Assembly (NCBI GenBank): GCA_030704615.1
Contig: CM060734.1
Location: forward strand, 5,890,001-5,954,000
DNA: 64,000 bases
Source: Takakia lepidozioides
Lineage: Eukaryota; Plantae; Bryophyta
Direction: 5' to 3'
A model generated the notes under the pieces. It saw only the letters and a list, made by a program, of their open reading frames with translations. It ran no database searches and was not told the DNA's origin. A program made the translations under genes and the position numbers. Of this stretch, positions 48,557 to 62,071 are shown in pieces. Position 1 is the first letter of the stretch, and every line of letters begins with the position of its first letter.

Positions 48557-49900
48557 GATGACCAGCAGATCATAGAAGTTTTTACAGTGGATGCAGGTGC
48601 AGGTGCCCTAGCCATTGGGATATGACCCTTAAGCCACAGTGTCCACCCGTGTCAGTGCAATTAGAGCTAGTTGTAGAGCCTTATAGTGTCACATAGAGAG
48701 GATCGGACAGCAACGGGCATCACGGAGTTGTCAGAGGGTTAAGAATGAAGGGCTAATACAAACATCAGCATTGTCAGTGGGTTTAAGGCGAGACATTCGG
48801 TTTAGACCACCCTCACCTCTACCCTCATCTGGTTCGGAGTATAACGTCGATTTTGAGTTCACACCAATAGGTGTAGTGTTTCCTTCACCATTGTTGTGGG
48901 ATGACATGGAGGAGATGTACACAAAAGGACCACGTCGATATTCAGGGGCAGTTGGCACAATATTTGAGCTGGACAATTTTATCCAGGAAGTTGAAAGTTG
49001 TGCGATTTGCAACAAATGCGCGATCCACAGCTGTTCACGGCATGGAAGAGGCTATTCCACCTCCTTGAGGGGCCACCTATAGAGGATTATCATGAGTTTA
49101 GGTTGCGATCGAGGTGCACATTGAAGAATGGAGGCAGTACTGGTCACCACATTACGTCTCTCCATTACACAAGGCACGGGGGTCAACTGCTACACCAACA
49201 ACTTCAAGCAGTAGATTCTAGTGGCTCTGCAAGTGCTACTAGTTTTGGAGGTAGTATCGGTTCTGGAGGTGCTACCAATCTCTGCTACGATTACAGCACA
49301 TGTGTTTGGATTCAACCCGGCGGTGGAGTTCTTCCAAGAGTTGTGGAGGAACTACCAAGGGGTGCGGATGGAGAAGCTGCGGAGTTTATAGGACTTCCAA
49401 TGTAAGTCCAGTGAGAGCTTGCAAGAGGCTTGCACTCGTATAAGCGCTTGATAAGGGTCACGGTCACTGAAGCTCAGGCAGTCCAATTCTGGTATGGAAT
49501 TTTGGACAAAGAGCTCATGAAAAGGGTACGGGATGCAACCCTGTTATAAGCGGCCCAACCCACCTTAGCAGATGTGTTTTTATTGAGCGGATTGAGCTCA
49601 ATATGGTGGAGGAGCGTGTAGTGACCATTGCGTTCGGCAAAGACATGTCACGGGGTATGTCTGCCAATCAACAAACGTAGCATACTGCACAACAGCGTGG
49701 TCAAGGGGGCAACGTTGCCCAACCCAAATTCCTTGGAACTTATAAGGGACCTCAGGTGCAGAGGCCAGTGGCTTTTTTTGCAGGCCAACAGCAGCCGAGG
49801 GTGGTGTGATGGTTATGTAGAGGACCCCATCTCAAGAAGGTTTTCCCAGATAAGGACAAGAAGCAAACACACTAATATGAATCTTGGATTTTACGACTCA
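48557..49900 (+). mobile_element. Decayed LTR-retrotransposon LTR fragment plus gag
   Basis: 48557-48650 repeats 33241-33343; downstream DNFIQEVE...LFHLLEGPP, AVQFWYGILDKEL gag-like remnants. Confidence 0.5.
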
Positions 49901-50579
49901 TTTACGACTGAAAACTGTTTCGGACATATGCGACTTGAACACTCTGAGTCCGAACAGACTAGTTGGTTCGGACAGGGAAGTCGCAACGGACATTACGTGG
50001 TGGAAGTGGTATCAATCAGTCGTGCATGTAACTTTGCAAAAAATAAATAAGGTGTAGCCATGTGGCGCCACCGCGCGAAGCGTTGATTCTGTCTTGGACC
50101 TTGACCACAGTGGACTTTTGACCGGGGGGGCGCGACTTCACTACGGTCTTGACTGTGGACATACACCCGCGTGACTATGCACCGAAACTACACGTATTCT
50201 CTTGGAGGCACGACACGTGTCGTGGCCGCACTGCACCACACATGTGTATATGAGTTCTTTAATACGACACGAATGCAGGCTACTTAGTTACTGAAAGAAC
50301 TGGCAAGTTATTTCAACGATTGTGAAAGGCAAAGTACGATCGGCCACGTGCACATTGTTGGCACTGCCACGTGCCACGGTCATTAGAATGCTTTTGGCTA
50401 GTTGGCTTCATGACTGCTAAGTTCTTCAATACCTCTCGTGGTAATTACTACCTAGTTTAAGCGACAAAACTAGTAGTATGATGGCATTGTCATGTAGGAG
50501 TATGATAATTTACCACTATTCTATGTTTGGAAAAAATAGTGTTGTGACAACAAAAAATGGACACTGTAGGCTGTAATGA

Positions 50580-51970
50580 CCCCGTTACACTTTCTAAACT
50601 TACCGACAAAAGCTTAGCCCTACTCAAATCCCAGATCTCCATACGCCCAAATTAGATATCATCCAAAAAGTCCTCAAACCATAAGTCCAATACGCCCCCT
50701 TCTCTCTACCTGACATCAAACAACTTGACAGAATAATTACCCAACTCAACAAACGTATCTGTGGTCTGCCCACCAGTACTCCGAACGCCCTAACTTAGCT
50801 TCCCCAAGACAGCTATGGAATCGGATCTAGTCCTCTACTTATCTCATATGCCCGTACCCTGGGCTCCCAATTCCTAGAAGCCCTCAATGACCCCGGACGC
50901 CTTGGAGAGATTTTCAAAGGGCTCCTCAAACACCTGGCTTCTAAATTCAATGGATTTTACTCTCTCCCATTGCTTCACCCCCAATCTTGCCTCCACTCCC
51001 CCACATCCTGCACTCTGCTCATTTTACGTCAAATGGAAATTCACATATAAACTGACCTTCCAGGATACCCTAACACCATCCCACCACTTGAACGTGCTTG
51101 GATTAATAGCCCTTTCCATTCACAATTCGACATCTCATACCCCCCTAAAAAAAAACTCATCCTCGCCAGCTACTTCAAAGCACGCCATATCACTAATCTC
51201 ACCCAACTCACTACGCCACGGGATCTAGACTAGTAACCCCATGTCAATTTACCTTGAAACATTCTCGGACCACCATCAAAACACGCAGATATTTCTCACA
51301 TCTCCGTTCTCTATTTTGTCACCCGACAGCCTCTTGCACCCTCGATTGCGAACTGCCGTGCTCACTCTTCCCACACAACAAACAAGACCTCCTCCCAGAT
51401 TTTAGATCATCCCCAGCCCCTTCAATACTCCAACAGCTTAAAGCCGTCCAGCGCACCCCTGCTTACCCCCTCTCGGGCTTCCCCTCCCATCTCTCACCCG
51501 ATCCACCTCCCCCTTCACCCGCCACGGACACAACTCAATATCAACGCACCCCAACTAGCTCCTCACTGTCGATAGCCTCCACACCTAACCCCTACCCAAC
51601 CAACCCTGACCACCCCCAAGCCTTCGTCATTGAGGCTATCCTTGGCACCAAAACCCAAACCTCACTAGACGCCCTCGGCGCCACTTGTGTTGACACTTAT
51701 TATCTCTGTAAATGGGTTGGTTTCCCCACCGAAGACAATACTTGGCAAATCGAAGACGACCTCTTTGGGACCCATGAAGACTGCGACCCTACCCACAATC
51801 GTTATCTCCTCACCACATTCCACAAAACAACCAACACCAACTACCTGACGCACACCCACCAACACCATGCCACCCAAACCCAATAGATAGACGCTCGATA
51901 CATTCGTAAATCCATCGTCGCCCCAAATATTCACACCTCCGAATGCAACCCTGACAAATATATTGCACGA
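50580..51970 (+). mobile_element. Dualen/RandI-like LINE remnant (post-RT region) containing a chromodomain
   Basis: ICGLPTSTPNALT.LP...YG...ALNDPGRLGEIFKGL; chromodomain FVIEAIL...YLCKWVGFPTEDNTWQIEDDL (~51620-51765); ECNPDKYI. Clade is inferred from remembered motifs. Confidence 0.6.
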
Positions 51971-52859
51971 AAACTTCCCATCATATGCCCTAGGTGTGCT
52001 AAATGTAATTGAAATCTCCATATGAAGGCGAAATTTTGAATTCTTCTTTTAGCCGCATGTGTATTTATCATATTTATTTATTTCATTTGGTTGTTGAATC
52101 TCGGACCGTTGGATGCATATCTCGGACTCATCGCACTGATATTTGTTGTTTCTCTCCTTTTGGCGTCCTGTTCGGGCTTCATTGCTCAGTAACTATCATT
52201 GTGTGCACCCAACAACCAGCTACTTGAGACTGTTTTTAGGGTAGAAGCGCGACAAGAGTTCGAAGTCGAGAGAGATTATCAAAGGAGGCGATGATGAAGT
52301 TGTGGTGAGGCTGCCATGGTAGATTGAGGAATGGCGCTCGCGGTTGAGTTCACAGATGATGTATTTCATATGTCAAGAGCTTAAGGAGCAAGATACTTGG
52401 GAGGGTTGAGACTGTGGCTGCTGATCAGATTCTCCTTGGTTGTTTTCATAGAGTACCCCAAGGTTATTTGTGGAGCATTGGAGCAGAGCCAACCGAGGAG
52501 GTATCTCTGCAGATATAGATGCCTAGTTTTTTTCTCTTGCAGAAGTGCATTGAGTCGATGAAAAGGCCAGGAAGTTGGAAAGCATGTGCATGCTCAAACA
52601 TGATCATGTTCTTTTGTGTTTGTAATGCATGCATGAGCATGGCAGCTGGGCAAGGAAAAGGGTCAAGAGGTTCATGGTGATGTTGTCAATGCTAAACTAT
52701 ACCAATATAGTTGGAGTTTTCAGCCCATACAACACATGCGTACTACAAGGAATGAGGTATGATGTTGCAAAGCATGGTCCTTTTAACTTCAGTATTAATC
52801 CCAATGTAGAGGAAGAATCTAGTGAAATCCTAAGCCTTGCGCTTAGCTGATTTCAAATC

Positions 52860-53720
52860 ACCTTTTGTAAATGCGCATCTACAGTTGGAAGAAAACTGAA
52901 TGCTAAGATAAGTGTAGAACGGGTGTACAGGGATGTCTTCCTCACCCCACTTCCATTTGAGATCATATCCTCCCTCTTCACGGTCGGTGAATGTCACCAC
53001 TACGTATTCACTAACATCAGCTTCTAGCACAGGCAAGTCAAGGAACCTCTTCGTGTGCAATCAATCAGCTCCTGAAGATTGGATGGGATATCCTACAGGC
53101 CTGCAAAGTCTTCTACAAACAAAAGAGCTGGTATGGTCCTCATTTAGCCCCAATCCCCAACTTTCCACATCTTCAAGAAGCTCATTAATGAGAACATTGA
53201 ATGATCTTTGCATTTGCTTATTGTTCAAAGGTAGGCTTTCTGCCTTGAGTTTAGATTTTAGTCTATTGCCCAAGGATGGTAGGCCCTTCAGATCATCCTT
53301 AAGGTCCTCGCCCATGTGGAGTACTGCAAACAAGTTTAGGGAAGTTTTATGCCCAAGTTCATTTTCAGTGGGACAAATTGGGGGTGGCTGCACATTACAT
53401 GGATGTGTTGTGGGGCCTCCCATCATGTGCTGACTTATGTGTGTTTATACTGTGCATGCCTTAGGGTTTTTGATATTAGGCATGAGATGGCGCTGACCCC
53501 ACCATTTTCCCTTGACTTCATCACGTTGAGAGATTAAGGGAGGTATGTTGAACTTGCCCCAAGAAACCACATTAGCTGTTCTAGAACACGCTGACATGCT
53601 CTTGTTGAGCACTACGACCTGAATGGATTCTACATTCAACATGGTTGGAGTCTTCAACCCATACATCAGATGCGTACTCCGAAGGTAGGCCTAATAATGT
53701 TGCAAAGCATGGTCTTTTTA
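52860..53720 (-). mobile_element. Decayed, scrambled RTEX-like LINE fragment (same family as 42855-45330)
   Basis: DLKWKWGEEDIPV.PFYTYL, HKTSLNLF...DDLKGLPSLGNRLK, SACSRTANV. Confidence 0.75.
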
Positions 53721-53755
53721 TGTGGACAGAAATAATTGTCAAGAAAAGTAGGAAA

Positions 53756-54030
53756 GGGCTGACGCCTCTTGACTTCATGTCATAGAAACATCAGCACTCT
53801 ACTACCTACCTTGTTGAATTATGAAAGCAACAAGGGGGTTGTAAAGCCATTGGGAATGGTGATCTGGCGCAGCTTCGTCTCAATCTTCACTTTTTTCATA
53901 CCAACCTCTTCGACAAATAACTATCAATAAAGGTAGTAGAGGGCTGAAGCCTCTTGACTTCATGTCATACAAGCATCAACACTTTACTACTATCTAACAG
54001 AATTATGAGAGCAACGAGGGGGTTGTACAT
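53756..54030. repeat. Two-copy direct repeat (~90 bp, ~185-bp spacing)
   Basis: GGGCTGA.GCCTCTTGACTTCATGTCATA...GAATTATGA.AGCAAC.AGGGGGTTGTA occurs twice. Confidence 0.8.
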
Positions 54031-55009
54031 GCGTTTGGAATCCATTGGTATTATTACTCTATGGGCATGTTCATGTCATGTTTGTTCATTCTTTAAAATC
54101 TGGAGATGGTCTAGGAGCTGAGATGAGGAACGAGTTCATATTGTGCCTAGGTTTGTTTTCTTGCCTACATGCATAAAGGGATTGCAAAGAAGGAGTGACG
54201 AAGAAATTATAACTCTTCGCTTTCTGGTGAGTTCAAGTTTGTTTCATGCGTATTCGTCATGGCAAACAAACGAAACTGGGTGAATGGAGCTACAAGGCTT
54301 GGACAAGGCACTAGGGCACGCATGGCTGCATCTGCCACTATCTCACGGACCAACAGTGAGGAAGTGGAGAGAAGAGCCATTGCAGCAAAAAGACAAAGAG
54401 ATTATAGAGCTACCTTAAAAGTCAGACAAGCGGCGCTGAAAACTGGAAGTAATAGCACTATAACGACGTCTTTGACAGGGCGAGCACTCGGGAGAAAGTA
54501 CTTGCTATCACGTCACATAATTGTAGTATATCCTTGTGTAGCCTTGGGGATGTGGAAGTCCAAAAAGAGGTTTGGGGTAGAGTCATAGATCACAGTTTGT
54601 TGAGGCATGCTCGGCCAAGCCATTTTCTTTCTGCAAAAGTACATTGCCTTCATATTCTGATTCAAGGTAAGTCCATAGTTGTCATGAACTACTGTTCAAG
54701 GTATTCTAATAGTAGGACTGTTCCAGGGTATTTCTTCCAGTACTGCTAGTGTACCTAGTACAGTTCACTTGGAGTTCTGGAAGTACTGTGCTAATGTGCT
54801 ATGGTACATTTGGATGCATAGGATAATGATGAAAACTAATATCATGGCATGTAGTGCACATGCAGACTTCGTTCTTCTTGCGATCGAAGACAAAATTTCC
54901 AGATATCAAGATTGTACAACGTACATTACTTACAGCCTGAGAAAGGCTGCCGGTGTGGAGTGAGGTTTAAGTTAGCTGCAGGAGAACCATATACACAAGC
55001 TTGTATTTT

Positions 55010-55832
55010 CGTTAATATCGGAGCTTTGGTTAAACGAAGTTTAAGATCATGAAAAGCTTGGGTACAATCATCCGTCCATACAGGCTTTTCATCTTTCCGT
55101 AAAAGTTTTGTCAATGGGGAAGCTATGACAACATACCTATAAATGAAACGACGGTAATGTCCTGTGTGATCCAAAAAACCTCTAACTTGAGTAACAAAAG
55201 TAGGAATGAGCAATTGCACAATAATCTCCACCTTCTCCGATCCATGGAAATTCCATTGATTGACACAATATGGCCCAATAGTCTGCCCTTAGTAACCAAA
55301 AATTTGCATTTACCAGCATTAAGAGATATACCACTCCTTCCATTTTTCAAAACACAATTGCAACATCTCTGCATGGGTACTTCGGCTACTATAAATACAA
55401 AAGTCATCCAAGAAAATTTCCATAAACACCCTCAAATAATCTTGAAAGGCATTACCTTATAGGCAAAAGTTCCCCAATCAGTAGTAAATGTGGTTTTGGG
55501 TCGATCTTCTTCAGCAATGGATATTTGGTTATATCCAGAGCCCATCTAAGAAAGAATAGCACTCATGTCCAGCAACTGCATCCAAAATACTATCGGTGAA
55601 AGGAAGAGGAAAATAGTCCTTTCTGGTAACTGCAAAGTCTTAGCAAATCCTAATTTGTCCATTCTTCTTCGGCACCATGACAATTGGAGATACCCACTCA
55701 CTATGGGGAACTGGGTAAATGAATCCCACCTTCAACAATTTATCCACTTCTTCCTTCACCATCAATGAATATTTTGGGTTCAACCGGTGCTGTCTTTGTC
55801 TCACTGGAACTGCCCCTTCCTCCAAAATTATA
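55010..55832 (-). mobile_element. Gypsy RT fragment
   Basis: PVRQRQHRLNPKYSLMVKEEVDKLL..GFIYPV..SEWVSPIV.VPKKNG; LLGHIVS; GHYRRFI; WTDDCTQAF. Confidence 0.88.
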
Positions 55833-58800
55833 GTAAACTGAATCTGCTCCAGTCAGGGCTTCTTCTATAGTAGTAGGTTCTTTGATAGATGTTTGTGATA
55901 GGAGTGCTTTCCAAGGTTTTCTCCCTTCTATTGTCTCTATGAGCCTATCAGGTTTCTTTCTATTCCTTACAGGTCTCTCTGGCACAGGCGTGTGGGATCT
56001 ATGTTTAAGATCTCGTGCACTTAATGGTGAACTATCTTGTCCCCTTGAAGGAGCAAGTGCTCTTGTTATTTACTCTATTTGTTCATAAGGAGGTTGTGAG
56101 TTTCTATTACTCGAACCTGAACTCATGGTTGTTCATGTAGGTGTTGCTCCCACAACTCGACTCATTACTTGGTTGTGATAATATCTGAGGTTGTGCTAAT
56201 GGAATTTGTGTGTTTCTTTGTGGGATTTTAGACACTTGACCATTGTTTGGGTATTGTTTAAGAAAGATGGGGTCAAGAGTAGCTCCTCTATCACTGATGG
56301 ATCTTCCTCTTCTTTATCTTCTCCCACTGTCTCATGACTAGTTTCTTTAAACACCACATCTCTTGAGATTATTATCTTTCTATTAGCCTTTGATACTAAT
56401 CTATATCCTTTTGTTTCATCACTGTAGCCCAAGAAAATACACTCTATTGTGTGTGTATCTAATTTCTGCCTATTATCCTTTTGGCACCAAAATACACCAA
56501 AATACACTTAAGTGAGAGAGATTAGGTTTAACCCATGTCCATACTTCTACAGGTGTTTTGTGTTCTTTTAATGCTTTTGTAGGTGATCTGTTCTGTAGAT
56601 AGTTTGTTGTCGTCAAAGCCTCTCCCCAGTATGAGTTACGTAAACTAGAGTGATGTAACATTGCCAAGACTGAGCCCATTAAGGTTCTATTCTTCCTATC
56701 TGAGACATCGTTTTGTTGAGGTGTATAAGCTACGGTAAACTGTCTTTTAATATCGTGTTCTTGGCATAATAGATTAAACTCTGTGGACATATACTCTCTA
56801 CCCCCATCAGTCCTTAGCAGCTTGATTCTCTTACTTAACTGATTTTCTACCATTAGTTTATATTGTCTAAACTTCTCGAAGGCCTCTGATTTATTTCTCA
56901 GTAAATACACTACTATATACCTAGAGAAGTCATCAATCAATGTTAAAAAATATCTATAACTGTTGTGAGTGGCTGTTTGCATAGGACCCCAAATATCAGA
57001 GTGGACTAACCCTAGCAGTTCAGTTGCCCGTGTTCCACCTTCTACTAGAAATTTCTCCTTATGTTGCTTCCCAGAGATACAGGCTTTGCATAAGGTTAGT
57101 TTCTTAATATCAATTACTTCTAACCCTTTCACCATAGAGTTAGTCTGTAATTGATTCATCCTAGCCTGATTTATGTGTCCCAGCCTATGATGCCAGAGAT
57201 TGGCTTTATTAGACTCCATTACGGCTGGCATGGCAGTAATATTCTTGCTTTGGATGGCAGTCCCCAATCTATAGAGGTCATTTTATAGTTTGCAACTAGC
57301 TACTAGCATCCCTTTTCCATTTTTCAGAGTACACCAGCCTTGTTTGATGTGCATCTCTTCACCAGCCCTGTCAAATTGTTTTGCTGAAAACAAATTTACC
57401 TTGTCCAGCTATATCATGTGTGGTATCGTCTCCGAGATATACCACCTGACCTCTCGTCCAAGTCTGATAAGACACAAATGATTGTATATCAAGTGCCATA
57501 TGTTGTGTGGCACCTGTGTCAATATACCAGGTTGGATCCTTCCCTCTTCTCGAAATCAAATGTCGTCACATATAATTGATTGCACTAGTTCCACTCAGCC
57601 ACCGCTACATTCCCGTGCTTTGCAACCTCGGCTGCTATTCTCTTTCGGCAAGTCTTTATCATGTGCCCCAATTTCTTGCAGAAAAAACACTTAATCTTTA
57701 GTTTCTTCTTGCTTGAATTTGACCCAGATGAACCATCATCACTCTTAATTGTATAGGATTCGTTTTCTTCACTATCCTTCCAATTATGGCCTCCCTGTGG
57801 TTTCTTCTTGTTATTATATGTAGGCTTCTTTCCTGCATATAATACTGACCTAGAATCTGTTGAGGGACCTAGACTCTTCATCAAGGTCTCTTCCTCAATT
57901 AAGTCAGTGATTAGGGATTGTAATGTCAAGTTGGGTTGACGTCTTAGAGAGCCTATGAATGTTCTATAACTCATGGGCATACTTCTCATAAAAGATAAGA
58001 ATGCATCTTCATCTACTACAGGTGAACAAGCCGCTGATAATTGTTCAAGCAATGATCTAAAAGCATGTATATGCTTTTGACACTTTCATTTTCTTTCATC
58101 TTTAGTGATTGCATCTTATCTCTCAGGTACATCTTAGTCACTGTATCTTTCGACTCATACAGCCGTGCTAACTCAGTCCAAGCACCATGGGCTGAGAGAC
58201 ATGATTGTACATGTGAAACTACGCTATTGTCAAGGCAGTTATTAATTATCGTGAGAGAAAGACAATCTCTCTCATCCCAGTTTGCTACACTACCAGCCCC
58301 TGTAGCTGGAAGTGCTTGTGCTCCAGCAGTAATTTGTGCCGCTGTTGGAGCTACTGGTTTGACTTCAGTCCCTTCAACTAAAACCCACAATTTTTCCGCC
58401 TTCATTAATAGCGTCAGCCTATGCTTCCACACATGGAAGTAATTCCCATCAAATTTGGGAATGTGACTGATGTCTACCATTTGAGCCATGTGAGTATCTT
58501 TTCTCTATCTCAATACATCTCAATAGTCACTTCTCAAGCGAGCATAGACCTCGCTCCAATCAGACCACATAACTACACTTTCTCTCTGTAAGAATAAGTG
58601 TACTGCCTCACTGCTGCTTCGAATAGTTTTGTTAGTTCTCCCCTCCAAATACTATCGACTCTTCTTAAATACATTGTGAGTAGCTTATCTATTGGTAGTT
58701 CATCAAGTTATAATCTACCTATCTCCTTAGGTAGGCTAGAGATTATATTGATACCAGGCCCTCAGGCTCTAATACCATGTTGGAATATTATCATCTTACC

Positions 58801-59010
58801 TACTCAGACACAACTTTATGTTGAAGACATGATAAGATTAATATCAGGACACATTACATACTGCCAGAGCTCATGAGAGCTTCACTCTGTCTCTCATCTC
58901 TAGACAAGTACCTCTCGTGTGTGTAGACTACCACCGAGCTTCACACCCTTGATATCCTGGACACGAAGAGTCCTATGTAACTACAACAACCAACTCACAG
59001 ACTCCTAACA
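55833..59010 (-). mobile_element. Ty1/copia element (5' LTR 58778-59010, PBS, gag-PR-INT; truncated just before RT)
   Basis: PBS TGGTATTAGAGC; FDGNYFHVWK; CFFCKKLGHMIKTC; WYIDTGATQHM; LWHHRLGH, LVHSDIWGP, RTDGGREY, YTPQQN; EPTTIEEAL. Confidence 0.93.
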
Positions 59011-59805
59011 ATATAATGACAGAGAATTTATCATTCATCTCTTCAGAATGGACAAACTGATATCGAAATTTTTACGTGAGGAGGAATGCCCCTGCCCAGG
59101 GCATTCATGGGCGGGAGGTACCTCACGCCAGCTATTTCAGGTATTAGAGTTATCCGTAAATTCCATCAACTCACGACGACTCGACCCACTTCAAGGCAAA
59201 ACTCGCATCCGGGTAGGATGTGCTTTTGTTTTTGGCAATTTTTGTGGTATTCAACTCGGGTCCAAACTCCAAACTCAAAACACCTGCCCAACTGCACAAA
59301 GAGGGCCCGCTGCGAGAGCCACAGCCATAGGTGTTTGGTCGAGTCGCTCCACTTTGCATAAACTCACGACCAGTCAACCTGTGTTTAACGATTCCTAACA
59401 CATTTAAGGAAATTTGCAAAGGGAAAGCAAACTCTCGTCTAAATTTAACACGATGAAACTCAGGTCTGAATTTACGGATAACTCTATTTAAAGCACCAGT
59501 TTTAACAGTCTTCCTACTCTCTGCCAGGAAATTAGTCAGGTGCCGCACTTCACCGTCTCATGTCTTTGTGTGCAAGCGGCATGTTTTGAAATACAGTTTG
59601 CTGAATTGCTTGCACCGTGAATGTGTGAAGGTTGCTTGCGCCATCTCTTCATGAAAGTAAGACTCAAACCCACTTTCCTTTCTACATTCAAGTTACACTC
59701 GTCAAAGAAAGAGTGCTCCTCCCGGAGGAAGCGTAAATTAAGTTGTCTCTTCATCCCTGGAAATTAATATTTTGGTGTACTGGCATGATTTTGGTATGTG
59801 TACAG

Positions 59806-60931
59806 ATATGATAATGTGGATTTCAGTGGCGATAATAGTCGTGCTCTTCTGCGTCCAACGAATCGGCACTGATAAAGTGGGCTACACATTTGCACCATGT
59901 GTGTTGACTTGGTTTATCTGTATTGCCATCATCGGGGTCTACAACATCGTCAAGTGGGATCCCACATTCTTCAGAGCGTTCAACCCATATTACATCTATG
60001 CATTCTTCCAGAACAATAAAAAGGGCGCTTGGATCTCCCTTGGAGGCGTTGTAGTGTGCATTACAGGTACGTCTTTTTTGGAGTAAGTTTTCATGATCGG
60101 AATACTAAACTACTCAGATTCGAAAGCTCTGTACCTAGGCCTAGACTTTTGAAATCGAATATTTATTACATGCAAGTGCAAGGAGAAAGGGAGACTTCAG
60201 AGCTTCAGAGAATCTAGACAAGTTGAGGCAATTCAAAGCATAAACTGGACTGATCAGTCCAATTGACGCAAATATTCTTTGCCCCGAAAACCAATCTTAC
60301 TGCATTACCCAGTCGGACATAATACACTCGATCCAAGATTAACGGAATTATGTATGACGCTCAACTGATTTGGACTGTGTAACATGTGAACAGGGATGGA
60401 AGCAATGTTTGCGGATATGGGTCATTTCTCAGTTCGATCAATTCAAGTAAATGCAACGTGCAGCTGCCTAATTAATATACCTTCTTACGTGTACCTTCAT
60501 GCACTAATATCGACCTAGATCTACCTGAACCAAACTGCTTGGAACTCTCTGGAGCGGAACATTATTCTCTTCAATCAAGTCCTGCCAAAATTTGAGTTAG
60601 ATTACAGATCCCGCATGTTTCACAGTGCTCGCTCGAGAAATTATATAATTTTCATAGGCTCGAGAATCAATCTTCTCTAGATATGAAGTTGCATACCGCG
60701 CAGACAAAAATGCAGTTGAAGGATGTATATTTTGTCCAAATGCATGATCTTCCAATCGATCTTAGTCGCGAAAACAGAAAATTTCTGACTGGTGCTTGCT
60801 CTTGCGATGGATGCAGCTTGGATTTTCGACCTTGGTATATCCCAGCCTACTTTGTGCTTACATTGGCCAAGCTTCTTACCTCATGAAAAATCTCGGGGAT
60901 CTATCATAAACATTCTATAAATCAATTCCAA
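59806..60931 (+). pseudogene. HAK/KUP/KT potassium transporter fragment (exons 59806-60066, 60394-60446, 60817-60931)
   Basis: QRIGTDKVGYTFAP, WISLGGVVVCITG|MEAMFADMGHFSVRSIQ|...[15 protein letters not shown]...FYKSIP. In-frame TAA at 60907-60909; flanked by copia insertions. Confidence 0.9.
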
Positions 60932-60983
60932 GTAATTAAGCTAATGCTTATCTAGACTAGTAGCGAAGATTGAGAGACATATA

Positions 60984-62071
60984 TGTTGGCATTAACAGCC
61001 GCACTTGAGTTGAGCTCGGCTGGTAGTTGCGGCCAACGTAGATAAGGTCAGACTTAGATTTGTTAGGTGAAGGCATAGATAACTTTTGGAGTTGCACCGT
61101 TTAATCACTATAGTTTCTCCGTAGTTCTCTCCACTGCTTTAGGTACTGCTCAAGTATATTTGTGACTCAATTTCTCTCTATTTCATGTTCAATGAAGCGC
61201 TCAACTATTCCTATTCCTGCAATCATTGTTCTTCCATAGTACTTTCTTCACAGTGTGACAGAGAGTTCAGTAGATGTAGATCTGTTCTTCTCAAGCTCGT
61301 ATTCTGCTATCTAGTTTACGTCTTGTCTTGCAAGAGATTAGATATGGCAGATGCTTACCATTCACAGGTTATGGGCCCACTCTAGGGGCGCGTTGATAAG
61401 TTTGAGGGAAATGATTACATGCTTTGGAAGTTTAAGATGGAATCTTCTCTAAAGGCTAGAGAGATGTGGGATCTTGTTAGAGGCAAGGAAATGAGGCCAC
61501 CTGAAACATCTACTACTGAGTTTGCTGCTTATACCAAGAAAGAAAATAAAGCCGGTAATCTCATTATTCAAAGTCTCTCTGACAACCAGCTTATGAGTGT
61601 TCGAAAAGAGAGTACAGCGCAAGGAGTTTGGGAGGCTCTGGAATAGCGACATGTAGACACTGGGCGAGGAACTGTAGGAAGAGAAAGTTTGACCAGAGAA
61701 ATGGAAAGAAGGAGGAAAGAAATAGTGTCGACAGTGGTGAGGCATTCGTTTCTGCTTTGTCGGTATCTTCTTGTGATGATGTGTTACATAGACTCTGGGG
61801 CTTCTGTACATCTTTCTCATCGCAGGGAATGGATCAGTGACTACGAGGAGATTTCACCCATGAAGATCTACATGGGAGATAACTCAGTCCAGGAAGCTGT
61901 TGGCAAAGTAACGTGGAGATATCCATGACAGTGCGAGTGAATGTCACTCGTGGAAAACTGACTGAAGTTTTCTTTGTTCCTAGGCTGGCCAAGAACCTCT
62001 TCTCTGTGAGTAAGGCAACATCCCAAGGCTACAGTATCGAGTTTGGAAACAGTATGTGCATAGTGAAGGAC
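60984..62071 (+). mobile_element. Ty1/copia element (LTR ~60984-61366, half-tRNA-Met PBS, gag/PR remnant)
   Basis: TGTTGG...TTCACA then GGTTATGGGCCC; KFEGNDY.LWKFKME; YIDSGASVHL; VPRLAKNLFSVSK. Confidence 0.85.

Noticed and set aside
54259-54750. 109-aa basic ORF
   Set aside because: May be a transposon gene fragment, but there is no diagnostic motif.
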